Part shown: piece by piece, positions 53,700-63,910 of the stretch
Layout: each line of letters opens with the position of its first letter
Position numbering within the stretch: the stretch's first letter is position 1
Virus record (IMG/VR): IMGVR_UViG_2974602345_000001
Coordinates: 13,332 to 77,331 of that record
Length of the DNA: 64,000 nt
Reading direction: 5' to 3' (one strand)
DNA from: a virus
Lineage: Duplodnaviria; Heunggongvirae; Uroviricota; Caudoviricetes
Notes under the pieces: model-generated
Databases searched by the model: none
Seen by the model: only the letters and a program-made list of their open reading frames with translations
What the model was told of the DNA's origin: nothing
Made by a program: the position numbers and the translations under genes

Positions 53700-53942
53700 T
53701 TATTCCTTGTCAGTTTTACCGCTGTCAACGCTGTCGGCGTCGCTCTTGTTTTTGTTTTCATCATCCTCCTGCTCATCATCTTCTTCCATCTTCTCAGACA
53801 GTTTGAAGGAGGCAGCAACCTCGACGCCGATCTTGGCTACTTCGGCACGAGCTTGTTCGGAGAGCGAGGTTTTGATGAGGTTCATTGCATCAAGGACGTT
53901 TTCTTCCTTGAGCAGGTTTACGAATTGGGCTGCAGTCGTCAT
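53700..53942 (-). CDS. prohead core protein (gp67-like)
   Basis: Small with an acidic tail; synteny after the portal. Confidence 0.65.
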   Translation of the reverse strand: MTTAAQFVNLLKEENVLDAMNLIKTSLSEQARAEVAKIGVEVAASFKLSEKMEEDDEQEDDENKNKSDADSVDSGKTDKE

Positions 53943-53953
53943 TTCAGTTCCTC

Positions 53954-55492
53954 TTAATTCTGGATAGGGTTGCCGTCGTCATCAACGGGCGGTTGGTATT
54001 GCGGAACGCTCTTCTCAGCTTTGATGGCCTTGTCGTTCTCAGCAATCTCTTCGTCAGTCTGGCGCAGGATCTTGGTACGGATGTACTCATTGCTGTAGTA
54101 GCGACCAATGTACGGAGCCATCTCCTCAGCCAACGAGATGCGATCTCGCATCATCTCGAACTCTTTGCGCTCTTCGAGGTACATGTCTTGGGCATACACG
54201 AACTTCAGGTTCTGTTCGATTGCAGGCCACTCAGTGTCCTTGATGATGTTAGTCAGGATCAGCTCAGTACGGAGCAGGTCGCGCAGCATCATGTTGAAGC
54301 GCTTGCGGACTTTCGACACAAACTTCGAGAACTTCAATTCGTCCCGGTTGATCTGGGTGTCCTGGTTGCCGAACGACAGTTGTGAGTCCTGGTCCAAACG
54401 TGACGTTGGGACGTTCAGTGCCTTGTACAGGCGCTTCAAGAAGTACAGGATGTCGTCGATCTCGCCCAGCGAAGTGCCGCCTGGCAGAGTTGACACCTCA
54501 GTACCTTTACCAGATGTAGTACGCGGCAGCCAGAAGTCTTCCTGCATGGTAGTCAGGTGACGCTGGTCCTTGAAGTTACCAGACTCAGGGTCGTACGACA
54601 TACGGTTGCGGAACGAGTTTTTGAGGTTCTGCAGGTACTGCTCGGCTTTGCTCTTTGGCAGGTTACCGACATCGATGTAGAACACGCGACGTTCAGGAGC
54701 ACGAGAGATCCGGTAGATGACCAGGGCGTTTTCCATCATGCGGAGCTGGTTTGCAGGCTTGATAGCCTTGTGGAGCCAGCTGATGGCGTAGCCTGTCTTC
54801 GGATCAATCAGACCTGATGTCACATAGGTAACCGACTCTTTCGCCAGAACCAGCGCAGGTCGGAACTGCTTGTTGCTGTTGATGCCAGAGCCGCCCTTGG
54901 AGGTTTCACGCTCATCCGCCTTCTCATCGTACAGGAAGTGTTCTTCAATGCTGTCGATAGTGCGGTTGTCAGGGTTGTACTGGACGTTGCGGATCTTGGT
55001 AACGAACGATGGGTTCAGTTCGATAACGTTCAACAGACCACGCTTGATGTTCTTACTGTCAACTACCTTCTGGTAGGCCAGTCGACCATCAACGTAGAAG
55101 TTGTACGCGCGCTGGTGGATAGTATCCTTGAGCGCAAGCATATCGAAGATCTTGACCCATGCTGCCATCACCTTCTCTTTAATGGCATCAGAGAGTTCTA
55201 CGTCCGTCAAATCGAGTTCGATCGGATCGTCATCTTCACCAAACGAGACCATCTCGTTGATGATGTCTTGAATTGCATAGTCAACTTCATTGTAGTTTGC
55301 TACTTCGCGATACTTTGCGAGCAGCTCACTCTGGGAGTTGGCAGCCCAGTCAAAGTTCATCACAAAGCTGTTGACAGGGTTGTCAACAGTTACAGCGCCA
55401 TCAGTGAAGTCAATAGCGATCTGATTGTTGAGAGCCCGTTCAGGGACTTCGTCAGCAATCTTTTTACTGCGCAGAAAATCGAACATTGACAT
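53954..55492 (-). CDS. 20: portal protein gp20
   Basis: FYVDGR, KAIKPANQLRMMENALVIYRISRAPERRVFYIDVGNLP, EDFWLPR, INRDELKF. Confidence 0.98.
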   Translation of the reverse strand: MSMFDFLRSKKIADEVPERALNNQIAIDFTDGAVTVDNPVNSFVMNFDWAANSQSELLAKYREVANYNEVDYAIQDIINEMVSFGEDDDPIELDLTDVELSDAIKEKVMAAWVKIFDMLALKDTIHQRAYNFYVDGRLAYQKVVDSKNIKRGLLNVIELNPSFVTKIRNVQYNPDNRTIDSIEEHFLYDEKADERETSKGGSGINSNKQFRPALVLAKESVTYVTSGLIDPKTGYAISWLHKAIKPANQLRMMENALVIYRISRAPERRVFYIDVGNLPKSKAEQYLQNLKNSFRNRMSYDPESGNFKDQRHLTTMQEDFWLPRTTSGKGTEVSTLPGGTSLGEIDDILYFLKRLYKALNVPTSRLDQDSQLSFGNQDTQINRDELKFSKFVSKVRKRFNMMLRDLLRTELILTNIIKDTEWPAIEQNLKFVYAQDMYLEERKEFEMMRDRISLAEEMAPYIGRYYSNEYIRTKILRQTDEEIAENDKAIKAEKSVPQYQPPVDDDGNPIQN

Positions 55493-55561
55493 AGATTTGA
55501 GTCTCTAAACTAAAGTTGGACTAGACAGCAGGTGCCTAGTCCAACTATTTAGTCAGCGTGA

Positions 55562-56086
55562 TTAGTTGCTGTTACCGTTGGTGATATCGCTATACACGAA
55601 CGTCACCGAGAACAGTTCCAGTTGGTCGTTGCTGTCTTGGGCAACTTCAATTGGAGCAACTACACTTGGCCACGCCAGCTGCAGGTTGTACTCTTTCACG
55701 CGGTTGTCCGCGTTGTCGAGTTGGTACACAGTCACGTTCGACATGTATTCGTCCGGGATAGTGGAACCTGTGTTGCTGTTGTAGCTGTTGATGAAGTTGT
55801 GCCACCGCTCGAACGAGTTGCGGATGTCAAAGTCAGTGTCGTTGACGAAGGTAACTTCCCACTCGTCGAAGACGCGGTCGCCCGCCAACTTCAACACACG
55901 GCCGCGGAACGGCTGTTCAATCACGCCCAGGGTCGAGCCTGGCAGTTGGGTCGATGAACACAGAAACGCAGTCTTGCGGATTGCGTCGTTGGTACCAGCG
56001 AAGGCTGGGAAGGCGATCAGTACCTCGAACCGGTTAGCTCGAGCACCCCCGCCCTTCAGGGCAGCCTTGAATTTTGAAATACTCAC
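55562..56086 (-). CDS. 19: tail tube protein gp19
   Basis: GGARANRFEV, AGDRVFDEW.VTF.ND.DF.IR..FE.W, AWP..V..IE. Confidence 0.95.
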   Translation of the reverse strand: MSISKFKAALKGGGARANRFEVLIAFPAFAGTNDAIRKTAFLCSSTQLPGSTLGVIEQPFRGRVLKLAGDRVFDEWEVTFVNDTDFDIRNSFERWHNFINSYNSNTGSTIPDEYMSNVTVYQLDNADNRVKEYNLQLAWPSVVAPIEVAQDSNDQLELFSVTFVYSDITNGNSN

Positions 56087-56157
56087 GGATGGAGATCCTC
56101 AATTGAACTTAGAGTTTGGCATGGTAGTATTTACCACCATGCCGTTTCCGGTTGAGA

Positions 56158-57759
56158 TTAGGCGCCTTCGATCTCAGCGAACTCAACGCCAGTTGCAACA
56201 GCGATGAAGTTCAGACGGATCACGTTGATCGAGCGAGCTGGCTTCACGTAGATGTCACCAACGAACTCGTTCGCGTCAATCACCTGAGGCGTGTTGTTCG
56301 ACGAGTCGCAAATCACGCGGCGATCGTAGATACCACGACGGGCCTGGATGTCACCCAGGTATTGGTCAGTGGAGTTACGGAACAGGGCCTGGGTGATGAA
56401 GTCGTTCAGCTCGAACAGTTGGTAACGAGCAGAGCGAGTGATTGCCTTCTTCATCACGATGAACAGCGTACGCACGTTGATGCGGCTGAAGGCAGACGGT
56501 GCCATCAGTGCAGTCTTGTCGCCGAACAGGACAGTACCCTCGCCTTTGAAGGCAACGATGCTGTTGATCGACTGTGGGTACAGCAGGTCACGTTGGGCCT
56601 GGTTGGAGCTCCACGCCAGTTTGATGACGTTCTTCAGCTGACCGCGGTTGAGACCTGCAGGGCTGAACCATGGTTCGTTCTGGACGAAGACACGAGCGTG
56701 CAGACCAGCGGCATCAGAGTCACATGGAATCCAGATGTTCTTGTCGTTGTACTTGTCGTTGACCATCTTCCAGTTGTCGACGTTGAACGCATAGCTGGTA
56801 GGCTTGTTCAGCGTGGTACCGAAGTACTCGATCAGGTTGTCAGTACGGTCAAGGGTGTTGTACACTGCTGCCAGCGGCGGAGCGTTGAACGCAACGGCGT
56901 CGAGGCGGCTATCCATGACGTCAATGGCGCGAACCACAGCAGCCAGCGGGTTGAACGCAGTGAACACACGAACGATGTCAACCGTGTCTTTGTTGGCGAA
57001 CAGATCCCAGCCACTGACGAAGTCTGCGTTTTCAGCGTCGTTGTCGTCGACACCCAGTTCCAGAGTGGTTTCAAACAGACCGGTAGTGAAGACAATCTTG
57101 GCAGCATCACCCAGGAGGATGTACTTGGACTGAGTCCGCAGCGCTTCTTTCAGGTTGGCAGTGGTACCATCAGTCTTCTTCGCACCAGCGGTCAGGGTCA
57201 TCAGCTCGTATTTCTCGAGGATGGTACCAACGGTGCCTGAGATCAGACCAGATGCGTCAATCACAACCATGTTGAAAGTGGTAGCGTTTTGAGGCGCATA
57301 CTCAAACTGGCCTTTGTGCGCCCAGGTTGCGTAACCAACAGAGTTGGCAATCGAAACCTTGACACCGTTTACCAGATCGCCAGGGTAGCGGCCAACGAAG
57401 CTGATGCCGGTCAGGGTCAGTTCATCGTAGTGGTCACCGTTACGGATCAGCGGAGCACTGACACCGTCAGCAGCGTCATCACCCATGGCGTTCTTGGAGC
57501 CAGTACCCACAACGCGAACTGTCATCAGCGGAACGCTGTACAGCAGATAGTTGGCGGCTGCATGGAAGTACTGGGTAGTGGCCGCGTCTGGTTGACCGAA
57601 GCGCTGAACCAGTTCACCTTCGTTCGTGGTGATCTCAACGATCTCGTCAACAGGACCCCAGCGGAACATACCTACATAACCGGTTGCGTTCGAAGTGACG
57701 CTTTGGGTATTGTAGGTAAGGTCTTTCTCGACAGGATACACTCCAGGGGAGTTAGCCAT
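56158..57759 (-). CDS. 18: tail sheath protein gp18
   Basis: SPGVYPVEKD, FRWGP, WFSPAGLNRG, FSRINVR.LF, IKPARSIN.I.LNF.A. Confidence 0.97.
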   Translation of the reverse strand: MANSPGVYPVEKDLTYNTQSVTSNATGYVGMFRWGPVDEIVEITTNEGELVQRFGQPDAATTQYFHAAANYLLYSVPLMTVRVVGTGSKNAMGDDAADGVSAPLIRNGDHYDELTLTGISFVGRYPGDLVNGVKVSIANSVGYATWAHKGQFEYAPQNATTFNMVVIDASGLISGTVGTILEKYELMTLTAGAKKTDGTTANLKEALRTQSKYILLGDAAKIVFTTGLFETTLELGVDDNDAENADFVSGWDLFANKDTVDIVRVFTAFNPLAAVVRAIDVMDSRLDAVAFNAPPLAAVYNTLDRTDNLIEYFGTTLNKPTSYAFNVDNWKMVNDKYNDKNIWIPCDSDAAGLHARVFVQNEPWFSPAGLNRGQLKNVIKLAWSSNQAQRDLLYPQSINSIVAFKGEGTVLFGDKTALMAPSAFSRINVRTLFIVMKKAITRSARYQLFELNDFITQALFRNSTDQYLGDIQARRGIYDRRVICDSSNNTPQVIDANEFVGDIYVKPARSINVIRLNFIAVATGVEFAEIEGA

Positions 57760-57823
57760 AATTCTTACCTCTTATAGAGAGTTGGAAAATATTTAAAGTT
57801 ATTTATCACTCTTGATTATCTAA

Positions 57824-59530
57824 TCAAAAGACCCCGTAACGACGGGGTGACTCAGGAATTCCTGTGAACTCTTCGATGCCATCGTCAATGATTCCAAACG
57901 GTATCAATGATTCCATGATGTCTTCCTCGAGAGATGCACGGACGTTCTTCCGGACGTCCTTATCAGTCAAGTCGATGAAGTACTGTTGAACTGTCGCCCA
58001 AGCGAACAGTACACAGCACATGGCAAGGTCGTCGTTGGAGCCTGAGTCAGCTTCGTACGACTTGCCTCTCGGTACAAAGGTACCAAACTCGCCGATGATT
58101 GTCTCATCGTTGAGGACCAACTTGTCAGTTTCAATCAGCGTCTTGACGTTTGAACACCCTACTGACTTCACCTGGACTGTAGTGCGGACGCCAATCCGAC
58201 CATCGCCACGGAAGCCAATTGTCTGCACGTTCTTCTCTGAGAAGCACATCAGGAGGTTCTCATACTCGAAGTCGTAGTAGAGGATGTTAGCCACCTGTTC
58301 GCCAATGTCGTTGATCTCGACCAAGACATAGGCGCTGTTGAACTTCTCAGCCACCGTTTTCACTACCTGCGGGTAGATCATCGGAGAGACCCTGTTGTTT
58401 CGGTAGACTGCGACAACCTTGTACGGTACCTCTGTGATGTCAAACACCACGAACGCTGAATAGTCGCTGCCAACACCACGAGAGGTATCGACTGTGATGA
58501 AGTACTCACGCCCAGGCACGGGCTCCTCATACACCTTCAGGTCCCCATAGACATCAACAGGACGACGGTTGACCAGTCGAGCCAGAGTGTCAGATGAGAT
58601 CAAGCTGTTCTGACTACCACGGAACGACAGCCCGTGTTCTTGAGCAAACTGTTCAGCTGAGGTGTTGTTGATCTGCTCCTGCTTCCACTTCTCATCACGA
58701 CCTGGTACCAGATACCATGGCACTTCCATGCGGTGGTAGCTGTTGATGCCAGACTTCGACTCTTCCCACAGCTTGTAGAACAGGCCACGAGCACCGTTTG
58801 GAGTTGAAGTGATGATAACCCGCGACTCTTTACCTGACGCAATTACCGGGTATGTGGATTCGTAGAACTCCATATCACGCGGAATGAACGCCGCTTCGTC
58901 GATGTACAGCAGTGAGATGGACCGACCACGGATGGAGCTCGATGTCGATGCACCACAGAAGATTTCAGACAGGTTGCCAAACTTCGTTGAACCCTTGTTG
59001 TAGCTTACGACGCCCTGTTTGAGAAACGCGGGAAGGTTCTCGTAGGACATCTGTACCCGGGACAGGATCTCACGCGACTGCGCCGCCTTGTTCGCCAGAA
59101 TAGCCACGGTCTTGGCAGGGGTAAACGTCGCATAGTGCAGGATGTAGGTCGCTGTGGTCTGGGTCTTACCTGACTGGCGGCACTGCATCGAAATCACAAA
59201 CCGGTGGGCTTGGTACAGGGCCAGGAGTTCTTCCTGGAACTGATACAAGTTGAACGGAATGATACCGTCGTCCACCGAGATGATCTTGACGTACTTGCGA
59301 GCGAAGTACACGACATCCTTCATGCACTTGATATACTCAAGCTTCTGTAGGTCGGAATACTCGAACCCTGAGCCCGCCCGCAAGATGTTCATGTTGCCCT
59401 GGTAGTACTGCTCCTTGTCCACCATTACGTCTGGTACGAACACTGGATAGGTATTCTTGGACAGGTACTTCTTGACGAGGTCAACGTTCTCGTTGATGAA
59501 CGCTACTATGTCGAACGGGTAATCACTCAT
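57824..59530 (-). CDS. 17: terminase large subunit gp17
   Basis: RQSGKT, RGRSISLLYIDEAAF, ITSTPNG, VDTSRGVGSDYS, DDLAM. Confidence 0.98.
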   Translation of the reverse strand: MSDYPFDIVAFINENVDLVKKYLSKNTYPVFVPDVMVDKEQYYQGNMNILRAGSGFEYSDLQKLEYIKCMKDVVYFARKYVKIISVDDGIIPFNLYQFQEELLALYQAHRFVISMQCRQSGKTQTTATYILHYATFTPAKTVAILANKAAQSREILSRVQMSYENLPAFLKQGVVSYNKGSTKFGNLSEIFCGASTSSSIRGRSISLLYIDEAAFIPRDMEFYESTYPVIASGKESRVIITSTPNGARGLFYKLWEESKSGINSYHRMEVPWYLVPGRDEKWKQEQINNTSAEQFAQEHGLSFRGSQNSLISSDTLARLVNRRPVDVYGDLKVYEEPVPGREYFITVDTSRGVGSDYSAFVVFDITEVPYKVVAVYRNNRVSPMIYPQVVKTVAEKFNSAYVLVEINDIGEQVANILYYDFEYENLLMCFSEKNVQTIGFRGDGRIGVRTTVQVKSVGCSNVKTLIETDKLVLNDETIIGEFGTFVPRGKSYEADSGSNDDLAMCCVLFAWATVQQYFIDLTDKDVRKNVRASLEEDIMESLIPFGIIDDGIEEFTGIPESPRRYGVF

Positions 59531-60050
59531 CGGTTACCTCTCCTGGTACAGCATCTTCCAGCCCGTCAAGCAGTGCAGCAATGCTCTTCGGATCACCTGG
59601 CGACCCGTTGAAGTTCTGTTGGACGTTGATTTGTTGCTTGATAGTTTGCTTGCCCGCTGCCCCAGCACCGCCACTGACAGTCTTCTGCAGGGCCATGAGG
59701 TCTTTGGTCACGTCAGCAATGCCCTTCATCAGCGTTGCAGCCACTTCAAACGCCTTAGGATGCTCAGACTCCCGGGCTACTATGGTTGCACCTTCAAGCG
59801 CCACGATACCGCGTGCAATCAGGCCTCGCAGGATGTCACGACTGAACTTGTAGTCGTCGACCATGTCAGCAGGCAGAGTGACAGCAGACTCCTCAATCTT
59901 CGAAGGCACCTTGTCGTATTCAACGACTGTTGGTAGCGTTGACTTTGCAGTCTCACCATCAAGCGCATCGAGCGCCTTTGAGACGTCATCCTCAGCGCCG
60001 ATGATTTGATTCAGCCGCTCCTCAAAGCGAGTTTGTTGGCGATCATTCAT
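59523..60050 (-). CDS. 16: terminase small subunit gp16
   Basis: DDYKFSR..L, SEHPKAFEVAA.LMK, synteny. Confidence 0.88.
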   Translation of the reverse strand: MNDRQQTRFEERLNQIIGAEDDVSKALDALDGETAKSTLPTVVEYDKVPSKIEESAVTLPADMVDDYKFSRDILRGLIARGIVALEGATIVARESEHPKAFEVAATLMKGIADVTKDLMALQKTVSGGAGAAGKQTIKQQINVQQNFNGSPGDPKSIAALLDGLEDAVPGEVTDE

Positions 60051-60739
60051 CAGGGTACCTCCACATAGGTTTCGAGCAGCTGGTTGGTGCTCAGGTCAAA
60101 CACGTTCACGATCACTTTGGTGATGATCTTGCTGTCAGCGGTTGGCATGTACAGCCAGCCTTCAAGCTCGAAGTTGAACGTGGTTTCAAGGATCTGCTCG
60201 TCTTCAAACGACCCCTCGAAGATGTCTTGCATCTGTGAGTCAAGCAGCTTGATGTTGATAGCCGATTCTTCATTCAGGTCAGGGTTATCTTTTACCTTCA
60301 CGTTCAGCGAAGGGTTGAACATCACAAGGATTTGCTCTACGATTTGAAGCATGTCTTGGATGTTCTTGGCCTTGACGTTCAGCTCGTATCCGAAGATGAA
60401 CGGGACGCGGTTCTTCTGTGACGCCAGGCCTTGTACAGTAGTTCGGTCAACGCCCTGCTCAACCAGCATATTGAGCCGGCCCAGCGAGCGCTCAGTATCA
60501 CGCCGCCAGGAGTTCAGCTTGAAACTCATCCGCGGCAGCTGGGTCTTGTACTTGAGCTTGTTGGGCTCAGGGTTCTGCTCGTTGCGGACGTCGTACTTCT
60601 GCTTGGTTGCATAGGCGATAGGCACCAGGATTTTGGTGCCGTCATCGCGCTCAAGCATGATCTCGTTGAACACAGCACCAAAAACGCCAGTAAGCAGCGT
60701 GATGGTCTTGTGGTACTGGAACGGATTGAAAAGCTTCAT
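60050..60739 (-). CDS. 15: tail terminator/connector gp15
   Basis: FG.VFNEI, VPIAYA.KQK, LPRMSF, VP...GYEL, QILVMFNP. Confidence 0.93.
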   Translation of the reverse strand: MKLFNPFQYHKTITLLTGVFGAVFNEIMLERDDGTKILVPIAYATKQKYDVRNEQNPEPNKLKYKTQLPRMSFKLNSWRRDTERSLGRLNMLVEQGVDRTTVQGLASQKNRVPFIFGYELNVKAKNIQDMLQIVEQILVMFNPSLNVKVKDNPDLNEESAINIKLLDSQMQDIFEGSFEDEQILETTFNFELEGWLYMPTADSKIITKVIVNVFDLSTNQLLETYVEVP

Positions 60740-60741
60740 GC

Positions 60742-61368
60742 TTACCTCACTGCAAACGGGTTAGCAGGATCGAACGATGTTTGCGGCTGAGCATCAGCTT
60801 CAAGCTCAGCATTGTCACCATACGGGCCAGTGTCAGTTTCAGGAGTGGTGCCCAGGACCTCATCCAGCAGCGCATTGACGTCAACGTCGCCAGTGTCAAT
60901 CTGCTCATGGCTGGCTTCAAACAGTTCAACCTTCAGTTCGTACACCAGTTGCTTACCCTGCTGGAAGAACGGACTTTCAGTGTTGACGTACTTGATCTCG
61001 AGGATCGCGTTTGTGATAGGCATGAAAAGCAGGTCACCCTCACGCGGACGCTTCAAGTGAGGGAACTCCTCAGCGAAGCGTGTCTTGCTCAGCACGAAGG
61101 TAGCCGAGTCACTGATCGACAAGCCAAACTTGCCCATCAGCTCACCCTGGCCTTCCCAGCCCGATACGCTCGCTGGGTACATTTCAATCGACTTCGTACC
61201 CGTGAATGAAGACGTTGGGTCCTCGCCGTACAGGTAGTTGTAGTTGTTGTGGGTGCGCTCAAGGTAGCGAAGCTCCACGCCTTTGGCTTGAATCGCTTCG
61301 ATGATGAGTTCATCTGTCAACGATTGTTCTTCGTTGACATAGTAGTTATTCATGTAGGGGTTCAACAT
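60742..61368 (-). CDS. 14: neck protein gp14
   Basis: MLNPY...LIIEAIQ..G, LMGKFG, PREGDLLFMP, DPANPF. Confidence 0.93.
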   Translation of the reverse strand: MLNPYMNNYYVNEEQSLTDELIIEAIQAKGVELRYLERTHNNYNYLYGEDPTSSFTGTKSIEMYPASVSGWEGQGELMGKFGLSISDSATFVLSKTRFAEEFPHLKRPREGDLLFMPITNAILEIKYVNTESPFFQQGKQLVYELKVELFEASHEQIDTGDVDVNALLDEVLGTTPETDTGPYGDNAELEADAQPQTSFDPANPFAVR

Positions 61369-61979
61369 TTGAATGCACTCCATCCCGTTGTGTTGATGAC
61401 GCTGGGTGACGCATCCTTTCGTGTAGGAGCGCTGATTACACCTTTGCCGAGGTTTCGTCTGATCTTGTCATGCGATATGCTGTGTGCTTCACAGAATCTG
61501 TTCAACTCGTCAAACCACCAAACCCACTCGCCCGAGGGCTTCACGAAGAGGTATAGCGAACGCTTAGCGAGTGAAATGCTGTTTCGCGCCTTGTCTGTTC
61601 TTGGCTTACCCAACATGGTAGCCCGCTGCTTTTCGATAGACTCTGTAGGTCTAGGCCGCCCCTTCAGTGTCGCTGATGCCTTGGCTCGTGATTCAAGGCC
61701 GTTGGGCCCATACACACCACCAGCTTTTAAGTTGTAGAACTCTTTTGAGTTGACCACCTCGTCGGTCACCAAAGCGGCTTCAAGTTCGTAGGCATCATGT
61801 TCAGTCAGACCACAGAAGATGTCAGTCCGCACGAAGTTTTCACGGCCATATTTCTCGACGGCGCTGCACAGGTAAAGGCCTGACCCTAGGTACCCGTCGT
61901 TAGGGTCCTTTGTCGAGTGCTTGCCAATATATTGTTTACCATTGATAAGATTCGTTGTGATGTAGACAAGGTGGAACAT
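61362..61979 (-). mobile_element. free-standing GIY-YIG (Seg-like) homing endonuclease
   Basis: LVYITTNLINGKQYIGKH...YLGSG; ACTAAATA at 62009-62016; stop overlaps the gp14 start. Confidence 0.88.
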
Positions 61980-62036
61980 TCAGTGTCACTCGTGAGAGTC
62001 ATATAACCTATTTAGTAAATCGGGTGTGATAATAAA

Positions 62037-62058
62037 AAGCCCTCCTAGGAGGGCTTTT
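62037..62058 (-). terminator. intrinsic terminator
   Basis: AAAAGCCCTCC-TA-GGAGGGCTTTT inverted repeat. Confidence 0.7.
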
Positions 62059-62064
62059 CTATGA

Positions 62065-62373
62065 CTACTTCGGCGTCAACTTGTCCTTATCGAACAGGTA
62101 CGACGTACCGTAGTAGCCGAGCAGCAACGATACCAAAGCACCGATGATCGACACGACGATGCTGTTGAACTCAGCCATCGTCTTGGCTTGATCGAGCGTG
62201 ATGAATACGCCAATAAGCGCATAGTAGACCCCGCAAACAATCAAGGCAATGAACGAGCTCACTGCCATGCGACGGCGGACGATCCACTTCAAGCGGTCAC
62301 GTTCAAGCTCTGTCAAGGCTCTCTCCTGGTCGATGTTGTCATCGATGCCGTTAGCGTTTTGGTCTTCCATACT
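62065..62373 (-). CDS. 2-TM membrane protein (holin-like?)
   Basis: Two hydrophobic helices with charged termini. Confidence 0.5.
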   Translation of the reverse strand, partial: SMEDQNANGIDDNIDQERALTELERDRLKWIVRRRMAVSSFIALIVCGVYYALIGVFITLDQAKTMAEFNSIVVSIIGALVSLLLGYYGTSYLFDKDKLTPK

Positions 62374-62380
62374 TATACCT

Positions 62381-63130
62381 CTAGCCAAGCATAGGGTTCA
62401 CTGGCTCCTCGTAAGTGTCGCGAAGGTCTGCTTCCAGAGCTTCAAGTTCGGCAGTTGCCTCGTCAAAGATCTGCTGACCGTTGACAGTAACGCCACCCAG
62501 AAGCTGGATCTCTCCATGCTTCTTCATGTTCGAGCCCCAGTTCTGTTTGATCAGCGCTGTGGCATACCGTTTCAACCACTTGTCACCCCAAGCTGCAGGA
62601 GTTTCATCCGGGTTGATCTTTTTGAAGACGTGGAACGTCAGGATTTCCCCAACCTTCGAGTCTTCCATACCGCGGTAGATAATCAGCTTCGACTTGTGCT
62701 TCGTGAACTCAAAGCGTTCAGTCGTGTTAACCAGGTCGTTGACGTCCTGAAGGTTCACCATCGTCATGTAGTAGTTGATCATGTCCAGTGGCTGGAAAGG
62801 CGACAGGTTCGAGATCAAGAACTGATAGCGATAGCTGAACAGGCTGTCAGACCCGTTCTCCTTGTAGATCGTCGACATCGGCACGATCTGATCAACGATA
62901 TGGATGTCAGACGGCAGTGTCACATAACCGTTGAGGATGTCCTCTTGGGTCAGTGCATACCCCACCCACTGCTTCTCCGTGGCGTCGTAGTGCTTGTCCT
63001 GCCACGCCAGAATGGCTTCGTCGACTCGGTCGTCAAGCTGTTCTGGCGCAACGTTGATCCGGATGACAGGTTTACCGAGCTTGCGCAAGCAATACTCGAT
63101 AAACTCTGCGCGTGTTGTGATAGCAGCCAT
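62381..63130 (-). CDS. 13: neck protein gp13
   Basis: EFIEYCLRKLG.PVI.INV..EQLDDRV.EAI, W...YATALIK.NWG.N..K, GGVT.NG. Confidence 0.95.
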   Translation of the reverse strand: MAAITTRAEFIEYCLRKLGKPVIRINVAPEQLDDRVDEAILAWQDKHYDATEKQWVGYALTQEDILNGYVTLPSDIHIVDQIVPMSTIYKENGSDSLFSYRYQFLISNLSPFQPLDMINYYMTMVNLQDVNDLVNTTERFEFTKHKSKLIIYRGMEDSKVGEILTFHVFKKINPDETPAAWGDKWLKRYATALIKQNWGSNMKKHGEIQLLGGVTVNGQQIFDEATAELEALEADLRDTYEEPVNPMLG

Positions 63131-63699
63131 TACAGCACCACCCAGATTGATCCATCACTTACTTCAACTGTCACTCCTTCAGCTACGGTAGGGCTGATAG
63201 AGAGTGCGTTTTTGTTCGACGGTACGACGATGTTGGTGTCGATCAGTTTGTCGAACTGCATGATACCACTTGCCGCTGTTGCATCACCCGCAGAAGTGGT
63301 AAACTGAGTTCGCAGATCGGTGTAGGCAGTAACCACCGTACCGTTTGTGGTGAAAATGCCGATTGGGATGACGTACCGTTCAGGTACGGCGTTTGTGGCG
63401 TAGAGCTGCAAGGTAGGGACTACGCCCTGGACCTTGTAGATAGCCAAAACTCGTACCGAGTTGGCAGGCAGCGTAATGGACTGATCGGCAATAGTCTCGA
63501 CAAGCGAGCCACTGCGGACCTTACCTCCATTAATGCGGACTACCAACCCAGACGAGAGCTTGGTGTCGTAGCTGAATGCGCGAATGTATGGGAGTTGCTC
63601 ATTGACAGCTTGAGAGTCATTGTTGTGACTGTCAATCAGGTCGTTGAGCTTGTCCATCCATTCGCTGAACGTATCAGCTACTGTCAATTCGTTAATCAT
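63130..63699 (-). CDS. putative structural protein
   Basis: ADTFSEWMDKLN N-terminal motif typical of T4-like virion/fibre proteins. Confidence 0.55.
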   Translation of the reverse strand: MINELTVADTFSEWMDKLNDLIDSHNNDSQAVNEQLPYIRAFSYDTKLSSGLVVRINGGKVRSGSLVETIADQSITLPANSVRVLAIYKVQGVVPTLQLYATNAVPERYVIPIGIFTTNGTVVTAYTDLRTQFTTSAGDATAASGIMQFDKLIDTNIVVPSNKNALSISPTVAEGVTVEVSDGSIWVVL

Positions 63700-63910
63700 C
63701 CGCCTTCTCTCCTAGCAGCTGCTTCAGGAGCAACTCCATCTTAGCAACCTTGTCTTCGAGTTCGTTGACCTTGTTGATCTCAGCCAACCGCTGTTCTTTC
63801 AAGCGGCGGGCGGCCAACAGAGCTTCACGATCATTATTTATGACGGCGCCGGTCTGCGCATCCTTGCGCAGACCTGGGTTACCTTCAACGAGCAGCAGAT
63901 CCATTATCAA
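63692..63910 (-). CDS. small hypothetical protein
   Basis: VEGNPGLRKD..TGAVIN...coiled coil; conserved position in T4-like phages. Confidence 0.65.
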   Translation of the reverse strand: MIMDLLLVEGNPGLRKDAQTGAVINNDREALLAARRLKEQRLAEINKVNELEDKVAKMELLLKQLLGEKADD

